DNA of 63,809 bases, filler included, from Polymyxa betae A26-41 (Eukaryota > Protista > Endomyxa: Phytomyxea): NCBI GenBank assembly GCA_003693705.1. It is 7 parts of 7 records of this genome, joined end to end, with 100 filler letters (N's around TTAATTAATTAA, not from the genome) between each part and the next. Parts side by side here need not be neighbours in the genome. Positions count along the whole stretch, not along the records: positions 18,821 to 37,151 come from RBZT01000865.1; 6 more parts are not named here. The stretch is one strand, 5' to 3'. Made by a program: the position numbers and the translations under genes. Each line of letters starts with the position of its first letter. Position 1 is the first letter of the stretch. The notes beneath the pieces were generated by a model, which made no database searches, had not been told where the DNA came from, and saw nothing but the letters and a program-made list of their open reading frames with translations. This document shows, piece after piece, positions 23,201-34,815 of this stretch.

Positions 23201-24304
23201 AAGGAATGGCGCGTCCATATTCATGCTCAGACATGGGCCGAGCAGGATGGATAATGATTTTGACGAAGCCTTCGTGACCGTATTCATCTGAAACTGAAGT
23301 CGCATGAGCAATCTCAGGTTTGAATGTATTCAGATAGGCAAAAGACAAAAACAAATTAGAAAAAAATGATCATAATATGAAGAATAAGCGTTGACCCTTC
23401 TTTACCTGCCGATAAATCAAGACTGACAATTTCATGAGGATCTCGCGGTTTTGCAAAGGTAGCTTCTCAACTAGATCTCGAACTGATTCTGCAGTAGCTG
23501 ACATGCTGGTAAACGGCAGAATCAGGTCTTCGGTTAGAACTGATTCCTAATATTTGTGAGCGAGCTATCGTGATGAGGAAGGCAGAATACTGGTAACTCT
23601 CGAAGAAGTTTCTTCACTACGCTTGCTAACTCAAAGACTGTGACGTCGTTTGCAGCAAACGCTTCAGCTGTTTGAAGCCGATAAATGGCATCACAGGTGC
23701 GATCAACTACATTCTTAACGCCTGGAACACGAAATAAGCCTTCAACATCCCCAGCTGCAATTCCAGTCAGAATCAGCACTGCCTCCGGGTAATAAACGCA
23801 CAATCACTCGTTAACGATGTTATTGCAGTTATCAAGGCCATGTAAACATGACGGGCAATCGGAAGTGCACCAGATGCCGAAGCCCCATTAAACGCCTGAA
23901 GCGTGTCATAACGCTGCAGTAAAGCAGTTTGTCCAATGCCTTACGAATAAGTTAGCTATCCAACAATCTCGATCTTCAGTATTAGGAGCACGGAACCAGT
24001 AGGTCCTTTCAGGTAACTCTATCCAGAACTCACGAGCGATTTCATCGCCTTCAGTAATGCCAACAGCGATGCATTGACTCAGATCAATTTGCCCTTTTGG
24101 CTCCGATACAGCTCCATCGACATCCTCAAGTCGAAGGTAATAAACCAGCAAAGCTCGTCGCTGTAGAAAGTATCGCAGCTGAAACTTCCGAAATAGGACG
24201 CTTGAAGTTTGCTTCTCCAGATACCCCTGCATTGCGGGCGACCTTAGGCTTCATCAGCGCTAGCGTTTTTACCATCCATCGTCGTACTCTGGAGATTGTG
24301 TCAT
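20270..24304 (-). CDS. PH domain + RhoGAP protein with long Ser-rich disordered region and C-terminal coiled coil
   Basis: MTQSPEYDDGW|GYLEKQ..RYF..LVYY..PKGQIDL..RTYWFRA..RDCWI (PH); VEGLFRVPG..LASVVKKLLRELP; KLPLQNREIL; SKSLSILLGPCL (RhoGAP); 3' end approximate. Confidence 0.85.
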
Positions 24305-24708
24305 TTGTGTGACGATCAAATTCGAAGGTGGACCTGACACCATTTCGGCCAACAACCATCCAGGCAAGCAAGCCAAAAGGCATGCAATGTGCACAACAGA
24401 AGAAATTAATGGCTTTCAAGAAAGTCCATTCCCATTGAATTGAAGATGGTAGAACCAACATGAAATAAATATTCTTCAAGTCTTAGTCCAAGTTATGTTA
24501 CGATTCCGCTTTACACGTGATCGGTTGCCGATTAGGCGACTAACCAAGGGGGAATACTGAAGAGCGAAAAGCCCTACATTGGGGGTAATGATAACAGCTC
24601 ACGTCAACTTACGTTGCCGGTTAAGTATTGGCAGGGTGGCTTGTCTGCTGCAAGACCTGAGGTCGCAACCCTGCCTCTGTTCTCTCACCTGATTTCCTCA
24701 TTGTTTCG

Positions 24709-27061
24709 ATGTTGGGAGAAGATGGAGATTGGGTCAGACTTCCAGGTGCAGCGCTTGATTGGCAAGGCGATCTCGGAGATGAGACTCGAGCGAAGCTGGC
24801 AGAAAATGGTCTGATAGAGGCCGACGCCGAAAACGGATTGGTTACTGGAGCCACTATTGCAAACAGGATAAAAAAATTCCCCGGATTGGTGGAACTTACT
24901 GAAGTAATGGATAAGCACTGCCAGAGTATCTTAAACAGTCGATTACATCTCGAAGAGACTTTCACTTCTCAAATCTGTAATTGCTTATCAATGGTTGGTT
25001 TATATTGACGTGTTTGATTATAGGTGGTTCTAATTCGGAAACACTGCAAATAATATTGATTTCTGCATTGTACAATCGTTGCCCTTTGATGGATTCTGAA
25101 GGGTATGCTTGTATAGCATCAAAGCAGCCGGTGATCTACATTTCCGATTCGTTTGCTTTCGAAACGTCTTTATTTCGGGCATGTTCGTACTTATTACTGC
25201 CGAGCTTGAGGTCAGTAAGAATGATTCCCAGCATTCCTGTGAAGAGGCATGAGGGCGACGTTTTCGTTGCGTCTACTCTTGACTGTGATGCTCTGGCACA
25301 AGCAATCGAAGAGGATAAGCAAGCTGGCAGAATCCCGCTCTGTACCTTCGCAGCATTGCCAACAACTGTTTATCGTAAGCCTGCGAGCAACAAATTCGAA
25401 AATTTAAATCTGAAACTTAGGTGGGAATGGATTGATTTATAAGAACGATTATCTGTCTAGGATTCGGCAAATTTGTAACATAATTCAAATTTGAACAATC
25501 TTAAAATTAAGAACCAACTAGGTGATGCTCATGGCGTCTGGCTTCACATTACAGGTGCCGATCTATGCTTTCTATCTGCCAATCATCGACCAGAAGCTAT
25601 AAGCTTAGCTGTTGATGTTGCTGACTCTTTCACAATTCGACCTCGGGACTTAATTGCCACTGGATCGGATTCTCATATATTAATGATCCGATCTGCACAA
25701 GTTGGTGGCTTGATTTGGATCATTGCCTCTCTGACAACGATGTGACAGTTTAAAGAAAAACTCAGAAAACCCCCAGTTTACGACATTGTTGCTCCCGTTT
25801 ATATCTTATTATCATCGATAGCTAGAAGGCTTCAAGAATATGCAGATGCGCATCTTAAAGCAACAAGGCATCTTATGGAGAGTTCTCTAAATGATTACTC
25901 TGATTATTTCAAACTCGAGATCTCGCAGCATACGGAAATTCGTCCAACATTTTATGTTGTTCCGACTTGTGTCGAGCTTGACGAGCTTGGATTGACTATT
26001 CAAATGGCGAACAGTTTTATTCTGGAAGATATTAGGATCCAGAACCTCAACTGTGCTGTGGTATTTGATTCTAAATTCGATGGACTGCTATTGACTATAC
26101 GACCGTACAAATATGATGAACTGGTCGAAAATCTTTGTGCTGAAGAAAGCGTTGTCGAGGTTCTGGACATCATCAAATCACAAATCAAAAGACTTGAGCG
26201 GGTAAAAGATAGATTTCGGTTGATGGTCTTCTAATTCTTTCAGGGAGTTCGGGTTCGAGCAAGTTTAGGTCGCCTGATTGCAGAAAAAAGCCCATTCGTC
26301 TGGTCGGATAAATCAAATTTCAGCTGTCACATCGGCATTGGCGCATTCAGATTGGTCAATCTCTATCGCAACCAATCAACGCCGTTGAATGAATGCTCTT
26401 ACAGGTTCCCGGATTTCTTACAGGCGACCAGCATGAAGCTGCAAATTGTCTCAATGACTGTCTTGCAGAGCAGTTATTTCAGAAATCTCCTTGTTTTAGA
26501 GGGTAATTTGAATTGTTTGATATCTTTAATTCCAAAACCTTTTTGTACATAGGTGCTTTTCGGATGACAACCTTGTTAGCATAGCTGTTTTGACCATTCC
26601 TAATGACTGTTTCGAGGAGATGAGTGACGACGAGATCGCTGAACACATATTCGATATTGTCTTCAAAACGCAAGCTCACATTCAGTATCCACAAGCTGTT
26701 ATTGAATTGTTATCAAAATCCTTGCAAACGGGCATCGAAGAAGCCGAGGTTTGTGCCTTCTATCGTTAGTTAGTCAAATTTATAACTTCTTGTGTTTAGA
26801 ACTATTTAACAGGTGAGGCAGGATTCGTATTATTTCATTGCAAACAGTTAGCTGAGCTTGTGGAAAGAAATGCAGAGTCGGAATTTCAGCCCGCTGGAGA
26901 TAATCCGATCTGTGCCGATTATTGGTCCAGTGCTAGGCTGGCTGTTCAATCAAGAGGACCCCGATACCAAAAACCCTGCTACGACAGTTGGGCAATCTTT
27001 TGACCTGGAATCAAAATCGTTATCTCGCCGATCCACCCGTCATGATATATTATTAAAATAA
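24709..27061 (+). CDS. PDXDC1: Pyridoxal-dependent decarboxylase domain-containing protein 1-like
   Basis: LAQAIEEDKQAGRIPL; HGVWLHITG..ADSFTI; GIGAFR; C-terminal IIRSVPIIGPVLGWL..GQSFDLES, typical of PDXDC1. Confidence 0.75.
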
Positions 27062-27179
27062 TGGACTCTTCTAAGTGATATTAGCCAGAACATAACATGT
27101 TCTAGAAGATGTAATAGAGGGAGTCTGCGGCGGGACGTCCCATAGCTGATAATTTAGCAATTGTATTAACTGGGTCGCA

Positions 27180-27960
27180 GTTCATCATACTATCAGCGAT
27201 ACTATCAAGATTCTGGTCGAGGCGCGCGCCATCGTATTTCAATCCAGGTAATGGATACATTAGAAACGGGCCCGATCGGCGACGCCCTGGCTGTGTTCCA
27301 GGCTGAATGCGCTTCCGCCTTATCATCGAACAAGGCTGACACAGACTTGGCTCGATCAGAGCTTCTCGAGCGGTTATTACATACTTCGTCGAAACTAACT
27401 CTTTCGGATGATAAGATTGTTGCCGTCATGATCAACGGGCGTTTGCGACGAAAAGAAGCCATTCTTGCATTACTGCTGGAGCAAGAGCTTTGCGCCCTAG
27501 CTCAATCTGGCCCGATTTCCGAGGCTCACATTAACGCCTTGACAGAACGAATTAAAGGAAAAAGGAACAAGAAAAGGAATTTTCCCTTCAGGGATGTTAT
27601 GAGTGACGATTGTGAGCTTAGAGCGTTCAAGAAAAGAAAATATCGCGAATCTAAAAGCAATTCTCAAGCAAGAAATCGCGGTCCAGTGTTTACTGGGATT
27701 AGAACAAGAAAGCCAAAATGTATCAAGCAGAACAAATCCTGATTCATTATCATTATTATATTCATTAGCTCAGCATACATGGGATATCATAAGCCTGTAT
27801 GATTCATCATCTTCTCTAAAGGTCAGACGACTCGACGTTCTCCATCATGAACTACATCTAGATCGCTCCTTCAGAAAATACATAACCGCTCAATTGTTCT
27901 GGCTCCAAAATTCCTGAAATCGTTTGGAAACGATGGACTGCTCAAATGTTTTAGGTCGTG
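27180..27960 (+). CDS. Hypothetical helical protein (spliced)
   Basis: 163-aa ORF 27251-27742 with flanking splice-like signals; no family recognised. Confidence 0.4.
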
Positions 27961-28012
27961 ATATAAAGGTGCTCAATGTCAAGTTTTCTCCCTTTGCCAC
28001 CATCAAGACCTT

Positions 28013-28591
28013 CTAGTTCTTGCTCGGGTTGGTTTGCGTTGTGTTCTTCTTAGCGAATGGCGACGTCCCTTGGCTCAAGATGTACGCCTGAACGTATTGT
28101 GTTAAGCCTGTTGAGCCTCGCCCTTTATACCATTGTGGTGATGGCTGATGGGCGCTCTGGTCCCATCCATATTCATGCGATGTCGTTAATGGCAGCTCCC
28201 ATTTCTCCTTGGGAGTTCGCGACCGCGACATTATAATCTGCCTAATGTGACCTGTGCCTCGATTAGCTTGAAAATAATCTCATAAAAAGCTCTAGTACGA
28301 GATTTGCCAGGTACGTCCCTATTGTTCTGTTCGGCTTCCTGTTTAGCAACCTTCAAATATTCGCTCATGCTTTTGATAATAATGGGATTGGTTCTGGTTG
28401 GTTTATCGGTGATGATATCCACTGCAGTAATGTCAGCAAATGCCTTTCATTCTAAGACGCCATATACTTGTATAAGGATTTGGAATGAATTGGGTATTGA
28501 GCCTTATATTGGCGAGCTCCTTTCGAATATGTTCGGTCCATGCCTGATGAGCTAACTTCTGCTTCTCCAGCAGCTGCTCTGGCGACGCCAT
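28013..28591 (-). CDS. FAM183: FAM183/CFAP144-like ciliary microtubule inner protein
   Basis: QAWTEHIRKE..FIPNP; TPKEKWELPLTTSHEYGW; TQYVQAY..GTSPF; three exons. Confidence 0.75.
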
Positions 28592-28714
28592 TATATCGTT
28601 AAAACGCCGAGCCAACTAACGATCCACTAAACCGTACCAGAACCTTCATTAATTACTCGTGACGTATTAACAAGGCCTTGTTGCAGCAATAAAGATTATT
28701 CATCAAATATTGAT

Positions 28715-29236
28715 TTATTCACTACCTGCAGAGGGAGATTTGATGTTCGGAACGACTTTACCATCTCTCTCAATGGCAAATTTGGATTCCAGTAGATGAT
28801 GATACAGAGCTTGTTTTGGGAGCTGATTAGATCGGCGACGTGAAGTTCCTGCTTTTGCTCCATGGCCTGAGATGGTCTTTCCCTGAGACTTTGGCGTTCG
28901 ACGATCAGTGCTTGTCTTTGGCGTACGATCGGCAGATGAGGACGACCCAGGCTTGCTTGGGATACAGCAGAAGCTCTGTGAACCAGAACGTTTCTGTGAA
29001 TTGCTCGAACTAGCTTGATGGATGGAGTGATGCTGCTTATCACCCTTCGTCAACGTTGGTTTCTTAGATAGGCTTGGTGTTAGAACTGGCTTCACCTGTT
29101 CTGTGCTTGTTCTACACAATGATGGAAGTCTTCCCAGGTCCATTCTGAATCTATCTGCGAATGAGAGTCCTGCGCTGCTTCCGCCACAGACCAGAACCAC
29201 AACCTGAATCATAACGACAATATACCACTTGATCAT
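28715..29236 (-). CDS. Small secreted Ser/Lys-rich protein (candidate effector)
   Basis: Single exon; signal peptide MIKWYIVVMIQVVVLVCGG; C-terminal LPKQALYHHLLESKFAIERDGK. Confidence 0.7.
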   Translation of the reverse strand: MIKWYIVVMIQVVVLVCGGSSAGLSFADRFRMDLGRLPSLCRTSTEQVKPVLTPSLSKKPTLTKGDKQHHSIHQASSSNSQKRSGSQSFCCIPSKPGSSSSADRTPKTSTDRRTPKSQGKTISGHGAKAGTSRRRSNQLPKQALYHHLLESKFAIERDGKVVPNIKSPSAGSE

Positions 29237-29888
29237 GTTAGAAATATCAATTGCAAAATAATCTGATCTGACTTGACTGAATCATTGCCGAGCGATCAAA
29301 CTTGACGCGATCTCGGAGCCGTTGTTTAACCTGCATACGCGTCCGTAGGCCCTGCCGGGCTCATGGCTAATAGAGGCAACAGATGAGCTTACAGATGAGC
29401 TGCATTAATGGCAGCTCATCTTTCATACGCTGTTACAAAACTCGTGTGTCTCGTACTACATCGTTAACAGCAGAATCTCCTTTGAAACTGGATCATCAAC
29501 ATTCAACTGGCTACACAACGGACAACTCAGAGTCGAACTCTTTATTGTGTTGAATTGCTCCTACTTGTGATCTCAGATGAGTCAAGCTGATCGATCTCGG
29601 CTAACAATATAATAGAATAAGCTAAGTTGCTTACTGGATTCCAAAAACCGACAAGGAAAAGCTTCCTGGCATTTTGTGAGATGGGAAATATGTGAAGTTT
29701 TTGACGTTAACTGGAGTAGGGAACGGGAACCGATTCTTGAACCAGTTTAAAATCAAGCAAATAGTATTTAATACATCTAATAATCCGATTTTGATATGTT
29801 GTGTATTCACATGAATTTATAACTCAATAGGTATAGACGAGGCTCGTTTGAGCATATCTCGAACTTAATCAGAAGAAATATACAATTA

Positions 29889-30623
29889 TCAGTTCAAAGA
29901 TGCAAACGAATCTGATGAGGCAGACTTTACAATAGATAATTTTCCGTTTTTTCTGACAATCAAGTTGGATTTGAGCAGATGATAACTTAAAGCATGCTGA
30001 GGAAGCAAATTCATAGCATCAGAAAACGATCTGGATTTTGGCATCCCTGATCGTTCTGTCTTGATGGATATGCTTCGTTCGCTGGCCTTTCCTGGCTCCT
30101 GCCGAAAATAAGCTTGCTGCTGGGTTGGATTGGAGCTTGTGGGATCTTGGGGTTTAGGAGCGAATCGGCTTAGTTGAAGAGGTTCTCGAATTGCTTTCGC
30201 AAAAGTAATGCGTCCTGGCGAATACTTTTCAAATCGACGAGGACAACGAATGGGCAGCAGGACCTTGCATGCAAGATCTGGTATTAAGCTGCCACTTGTT
30301 GTACGATGAAGTCCAGAAACATGAGCACCAACCTGACTAGTACTGCTTGACCGATGAAGATTCTTGTTCGAAGAGGTCTGCGATCTGATAACTTCTTGTC
30401 TTCTGGATTCAAGCGCTCTTTGAACAAGCTTTGAGCCGCCAGGGCGAAACTGCGCTAGAGGATTTTTCGGTTTGGCTGCAGGCCTGGTTTCGGAGCTCTC
30501 AGGCTGATGGCGGTGTTGATCAAAGTGCTGGACGAAAGGATCCGGGGCCAGCCACGAGAATACGCCGCCTTCGGATGAGGCACTGACGGCCGTGGCCAAG
30601 AGAACAATGATGACGACATTCAT
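29889..30623 (-). CDS. Secreted Ser/Arg-rich protein (candidate effector), related to 28715-29236
   Basis: Signal peptide MNVVIIVLLATAVSA; C-terminal LPQHALSYHLLKSNLIVRKNGK. Confidence 0.75.
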   Translation of the reverse strand: MNVVIIVLLATAVSASSEGGVFSWLAPDPFVQHFDQHRHQPESSETRPAAKPKNPLAQFRPGGSKLVQRALESRRQEVIRSQTSSNKNLHRSSSTSQVGAHVSGLHRTTSGSLIPDLACKVLLPIRCPRRFEKYSPGRITFAKAIREPLQLSRFAPKPQDPTSSNPTQQQAYFRQEPGKASERSISIKTERSGMPKSRSFSDAMNLLPQHALSYHLLKSNLIVRKNGKLSIVKSASSDSFASLN

Positions 30624-31468
30624 AATTGTGATTGGGGATTAACTGGATCAAACCCAAAGGCGATTAGAAATTGAATAAACAGATGTGATCGTATTCAATG
30701 TCAATACTGCACTGAGTATCATGACAGCGTGGAAGGTCTCGGCGTGACCCAGGCCGACCCCATACGCAATATGTGATCGCCCCTTAAACCCTAACCCTAC
30801 CCTAACATCTAACAACCTCTTTGCTGTTAGCAACTTTCCTGTGCTAAATGAACAGTTTCGCATGACAGGAGAGTTCGAGGAGTTTTGGCAGTAGGTTGCC
30901 GCCTTGGTTTGGCGATCCAGTGGTATGGCCGCTGGTGTCTTGACTGTGTCTACACCTTGGCCACATTGACGACCATCCAGATGTTGGTGCAGCACATGCA
31001 CCAGGACCTACTACTGCAAGATATGGTGAGTGGACTCGTGTCTGGAAGATGCTCTCGATCATATAAAACTTGAAATTATTATGTGTTTCATTTTCTCTGT
31101 TCAATATATAATCCTGCTTTAATATCATCAGTGCATGTCAATAGTTATCCGACCTTTAATCCTGAGCCTAATTACTGCTTGTTTGCTTCTATTTTTGTAT
31201 CTGTTGTACAGACGTTCACAAACTTTTCAGGTTCAGCATCTCTTTGAAGGCACAATCCGATAAACATTTCGTTGAGAGAGCTACAAATTGTCACTTTCAC
31301 ATTAGTATTTCATTTTGCAATAATATTGTATCATCTGCTTCTTCTGTTTTAAGAACCGGAAGCTTGTTTATAAACTTATGGATGACCGGATCTAAAATCT
31401 ATCTCAGTAGATATGACATTGAAGATATACTGGATAGGATCAGGCCCATATGAAATATCTGTTTAGTA

Positions 31469-32021
31469 ATGGGTGCTAATGAGAAGAAATCGTCGAGCAC
31501 AGTCGGGTTCGGGAGCGGTGATTACAAGGGCAGGGGAGCGTTATTCGACAGCTCTAATCGTAATCGACATCAACATGCTAATCGTATGGTAATTAACTAA
31601 TTCATACTTACACAATTGCTATGAGGATTAGTTAACAAAACAATAATTACAGGAAGATGAATTCTACTGCCACGAAGATCACACATTAGATAACTTTGAA
31701 CAGCAATATGGGAGATCGAATTCACTCTCGCTGAATTCAAAGCAGAAACGGTCGCCTGTACAGTCTGATGATTTCCTTTATGATCGAGTGCTTGGATCTA
31801 GAAGCCAGACATCGCCTTGTTTTCTCTGTAAATTTGACCAATATACATGTCGTCATCGACGAGCTGTACCACCACCAAAGGAGTCTGTAATGTGGTCAAC
31901 AATCACATCACACGATTGGGGATGGTAGTAGGTTTTGTATGCAGAATGATATCGTGATTAATATGCTGTTAGGTATGGAGCTATTGATGCTATGGTTAAA
32001 GGAGGGAAATCTAAATCATAA
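31469..32021 (+). CDS. Small three-exon hypothetical protein absent from the ORF track
   Basis: Exons 31469-31588, 31653-31924 and 31973-32021 splice in frame via GT-AG: MGANEKKSS..RM|EDEFYCH..CFLCKFDQYTCRH..TSHDWGW|YGAID..KS*. Confidence 0.55.
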
Positions 32022-32521
32022 AAATACATTTGAATGGGTTCAATGATTGTTAACCATCAGTATCTTGAGATGAGAAATTTGTGATTTTTGATGATAATGC
32101 CCATTAATCTGTTGGCAAAACACAAGTTCATAACAAGTACTTCTAATCATATATTGATTGCATTGTTAGAATAGTATTAGCACAAGCTCAGCTTTATGGA
32201 TGTAGCCATATTCTTGCAGTTAACGATCGATAGCTGCATGATCAAGATGATGTTGTAATCATTGTATTCAGTCAGATGACTCTTTACTCAGCTCTGTGAT
32301 CCGAATCAGATTAACCGTTAACGTGCGATTTCGCTCATGTTGTGTTCAGAACTTTTCTATATGAATAGTAGTTAGTTGAATATGCACAACAATAGAATTG
32401 TTTCGCAAAGATCTTGGAGCGATCGCAAGATATTAATCATCTGTATAGTACGCCCGAATATATTATTGCTCAGTATTCAAAACGAGTTCTGCGAGTTCAT
32501 TGTCTATCGATCTGTCTGAAT

Positions 32522-33670
32522 ATGTTTATCTATCTATCATGGTTCTTGTTATTAGCGTTATCGCAAGCGAGTTTGTTGCCTCAACATCTCCAGAGCGTCG
32601 TTATCGATGTGTCTCTGCGATTCGGTCGATCTGAATCGATCGCTGATAAGCTTGCTTCTCTATCACTGCCAAAACATGAAACATTTTCTAACCTGACTGA
32701 TCTGATCTATTGGTTACGCCTTGATCGTATCAATGCCGATATCGAGTATAACAGCTTCATAGATGAACATGAGACCACCATCACCATCATCAATGATACA
32801 ATTGTAGAATTACAAACCGCTCTCAATGATCATAAGCGAATGCTTGACGACCTCGACGACGACCTTCGCGATATTCAAGATGAGATTGACGCACGCGAAT
32901 CCGACGCTTCCGAAGCACTGAGCGAGTCGCGGTTGATCGCTTCGATTGCTAACGACATCGTTGGCGAACACGCTGAAGGTCGAGAAGGAAGAGATGCTCG
33001 TATGAAGGAGTACGAAGACGCCATACAAGTTATTGATAGAATATCACAGATGGAGGCTATTGGAGGAGCTCTCACGTTTATTGAGAGTTTGGACGCCAAT
33101 AACGATTATGTAGCTGATTGTATTAATGCTGTTCATGGAGGGAATCTTACACGAGATTTGATCATGATTCGGCACAGAATTGGGCAGAAGCTGGATCTGA
33201 CAGCCGCCATCTTCTGGCAGCAAGAAATTCGCTTTAACCTGACCATAACCGAATATCGTTCTGCGATTAACGAATATCGTGATGAATATGATGCTATTCA
33301 GGACGATATCGCTGATCTGTATGATGAATTCCATCAATTAAACGAAGATCGGGATATTGTTCAAGCTGATGTTTATTCAACAGAAGAGCTTCTTCAGGAG
33401 TCGAAAGCGGCAATGAAGGCGACGATGAGGGCGATGTTGAAAGAGGGATTGGGGTTTACAACCAAGACGAAGGTGGTGAATGCTGAACTCGATAGTCTGA
33501 ATGCTGCAATGATGTTGGTGAACACGACCATGAAAGGAGATGCCTGGCCAGACCTCTGCCAGATCGGAATGCAAGGCTGTAGACCATGTCTGTATCATGA
33601 TCAATGCTTAGAAGCACAACTCTGCTCTAAACATGGTCAATGTATTCATAATTCGGTCAATGTCACATGA
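32522..33670 (+). CDS. Secreted acidic coiled-coil protein with C-terminal six-Cys module
   Basis: Signal MFIYLSWFLLLALSQA; two long heptad regions; CQIGMQGCRPCLYHDQCLEAQLCSKHGQC; intronless. Confidence 0.8.
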   Translation: MFIYLSWFLLLALSQASLLPQHLQSVVIDVSLRFGRSESIADKLASLSLPKHETFSNLTDLIYWLRLDRINADIEYNSFIDEHETTITIINDTIVELQTALNDHKRMLDDLDDDLRDIQDEIDARESDASEALSESRLIASIANDIVGEHAEGREGRDARMKEYEDAIQVIDRISQMEAIGGALTFIESLDANNDYVADCINAVHGGNLTRDLIMIRHRIGQKLDLTAAIFWQQEIRFNLTITEYRSAINEYRDEYDAIQDDIADLYDEFHQLNEDRDIVQADVYSTEELLQESKAAMKATMRAMLKEGLGFTTKTKVVNAELDSLNAAMMLVNTTMKGDAWPDLCQIGMQGCRPCLYHDQCLEAQLCSKHGQCIHNSVNVT

Positions 33671-34815
33671 TTGCATCGAGAAGCTTTTCATGACATAATC
33701 TGACTCGGCGACTAACACAAAGGGTCGTGAAATTTCATTCGGCAGAACCAGCATTTAGTTAAACGTAGCGAAATTCAGAATGTGATCAGTTCAATAAGAG
33801 CATTGACAACAACACCTGCAAACAACACCATGAAGTTGATGACTCATCTTTCTTCGTTTGTTATTTGAATAAAATTGGTTCATGTTCTGGTCGCATTAAA
33901 CTACTAAGTATCATATCCGAGAACTGCAGGCCTATATCAATTGCCTGCGATTAACCTGTTTACATCTCAATGCCTGATACACCTAAACCATACATCATAT
34001 GAGTAATTAGATCGATTGATCCAAATTTCAGATTCGTATCACGAATAGAAAGTAAATCGGCCTTTGGAATGACCTTCGACGTTCCTCTGTGCGACGTTTT
34101 CAAGGCCTTTTAATCGGCCTTCCAACTGCGTTCGGAATGACATTCCCAGACTCTCTCGCCTTCGCAATCGCCTTCATTGCGATGATTCAATTCTCTCACG
34201 TTTTCGAATTTCGAGGACGCTGCCGATTGCTCATTGTTCTTTAAGAACCAGACCAGAAGGAATCGTATTCGATGGCGGGTGTGATCGACATCATCCAATC
34301 AGGATACGAACAGATGATCAAGTTTTCCCGGTTGAGCAAATGGTTGAGATATCATGACGTTATGGATAGAGTGAAGTCTGCCTCTGCCTCCTCCTCGTGT
34401 TAAACATCAATCGGAAGACGAACGGACAATCAAATGTACAGAACGTTGAAAAATCAATAACCGAGATGATGATTGCAGCGCGTAACCGAACGAAACGAAC
34501 CCTCTTGAATCCAACGAGACACTCGTGTACGCCCTAAAGGATTAAGCCACAATTAGAACATTTTCCAGCTCTCTTTCAGGAAGGGTTTGATGATGGATTC
34601 ACTGCTGCGTCCTTCTGAAAAACACCAAATTTAAAAGAGCAAAGTGCTTCAGCTCCATTTCATGAAGACATCGCCTGCGACCACCGTTCGCGTTGATTAC
34701 GCTCAACTTGAGAAGCTAAGCGTCTTCATGACGAGCGTATTCGCTGGCTGAAGGAAATGGAGATGAACAGAAAGCGCAAAGCCGAGGAACGCCAGGCTAG
34801 AGAATCCAATAAGAA

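Noticed and set aside
25560-25700. PDXDC1-like protein lacks the PLP-binding lysine (ADSFTIRPRD)
   Set aside because: As I recall, PDXDC1 orthologs generally lack the canonical HK motif, so it is not specific to this gene
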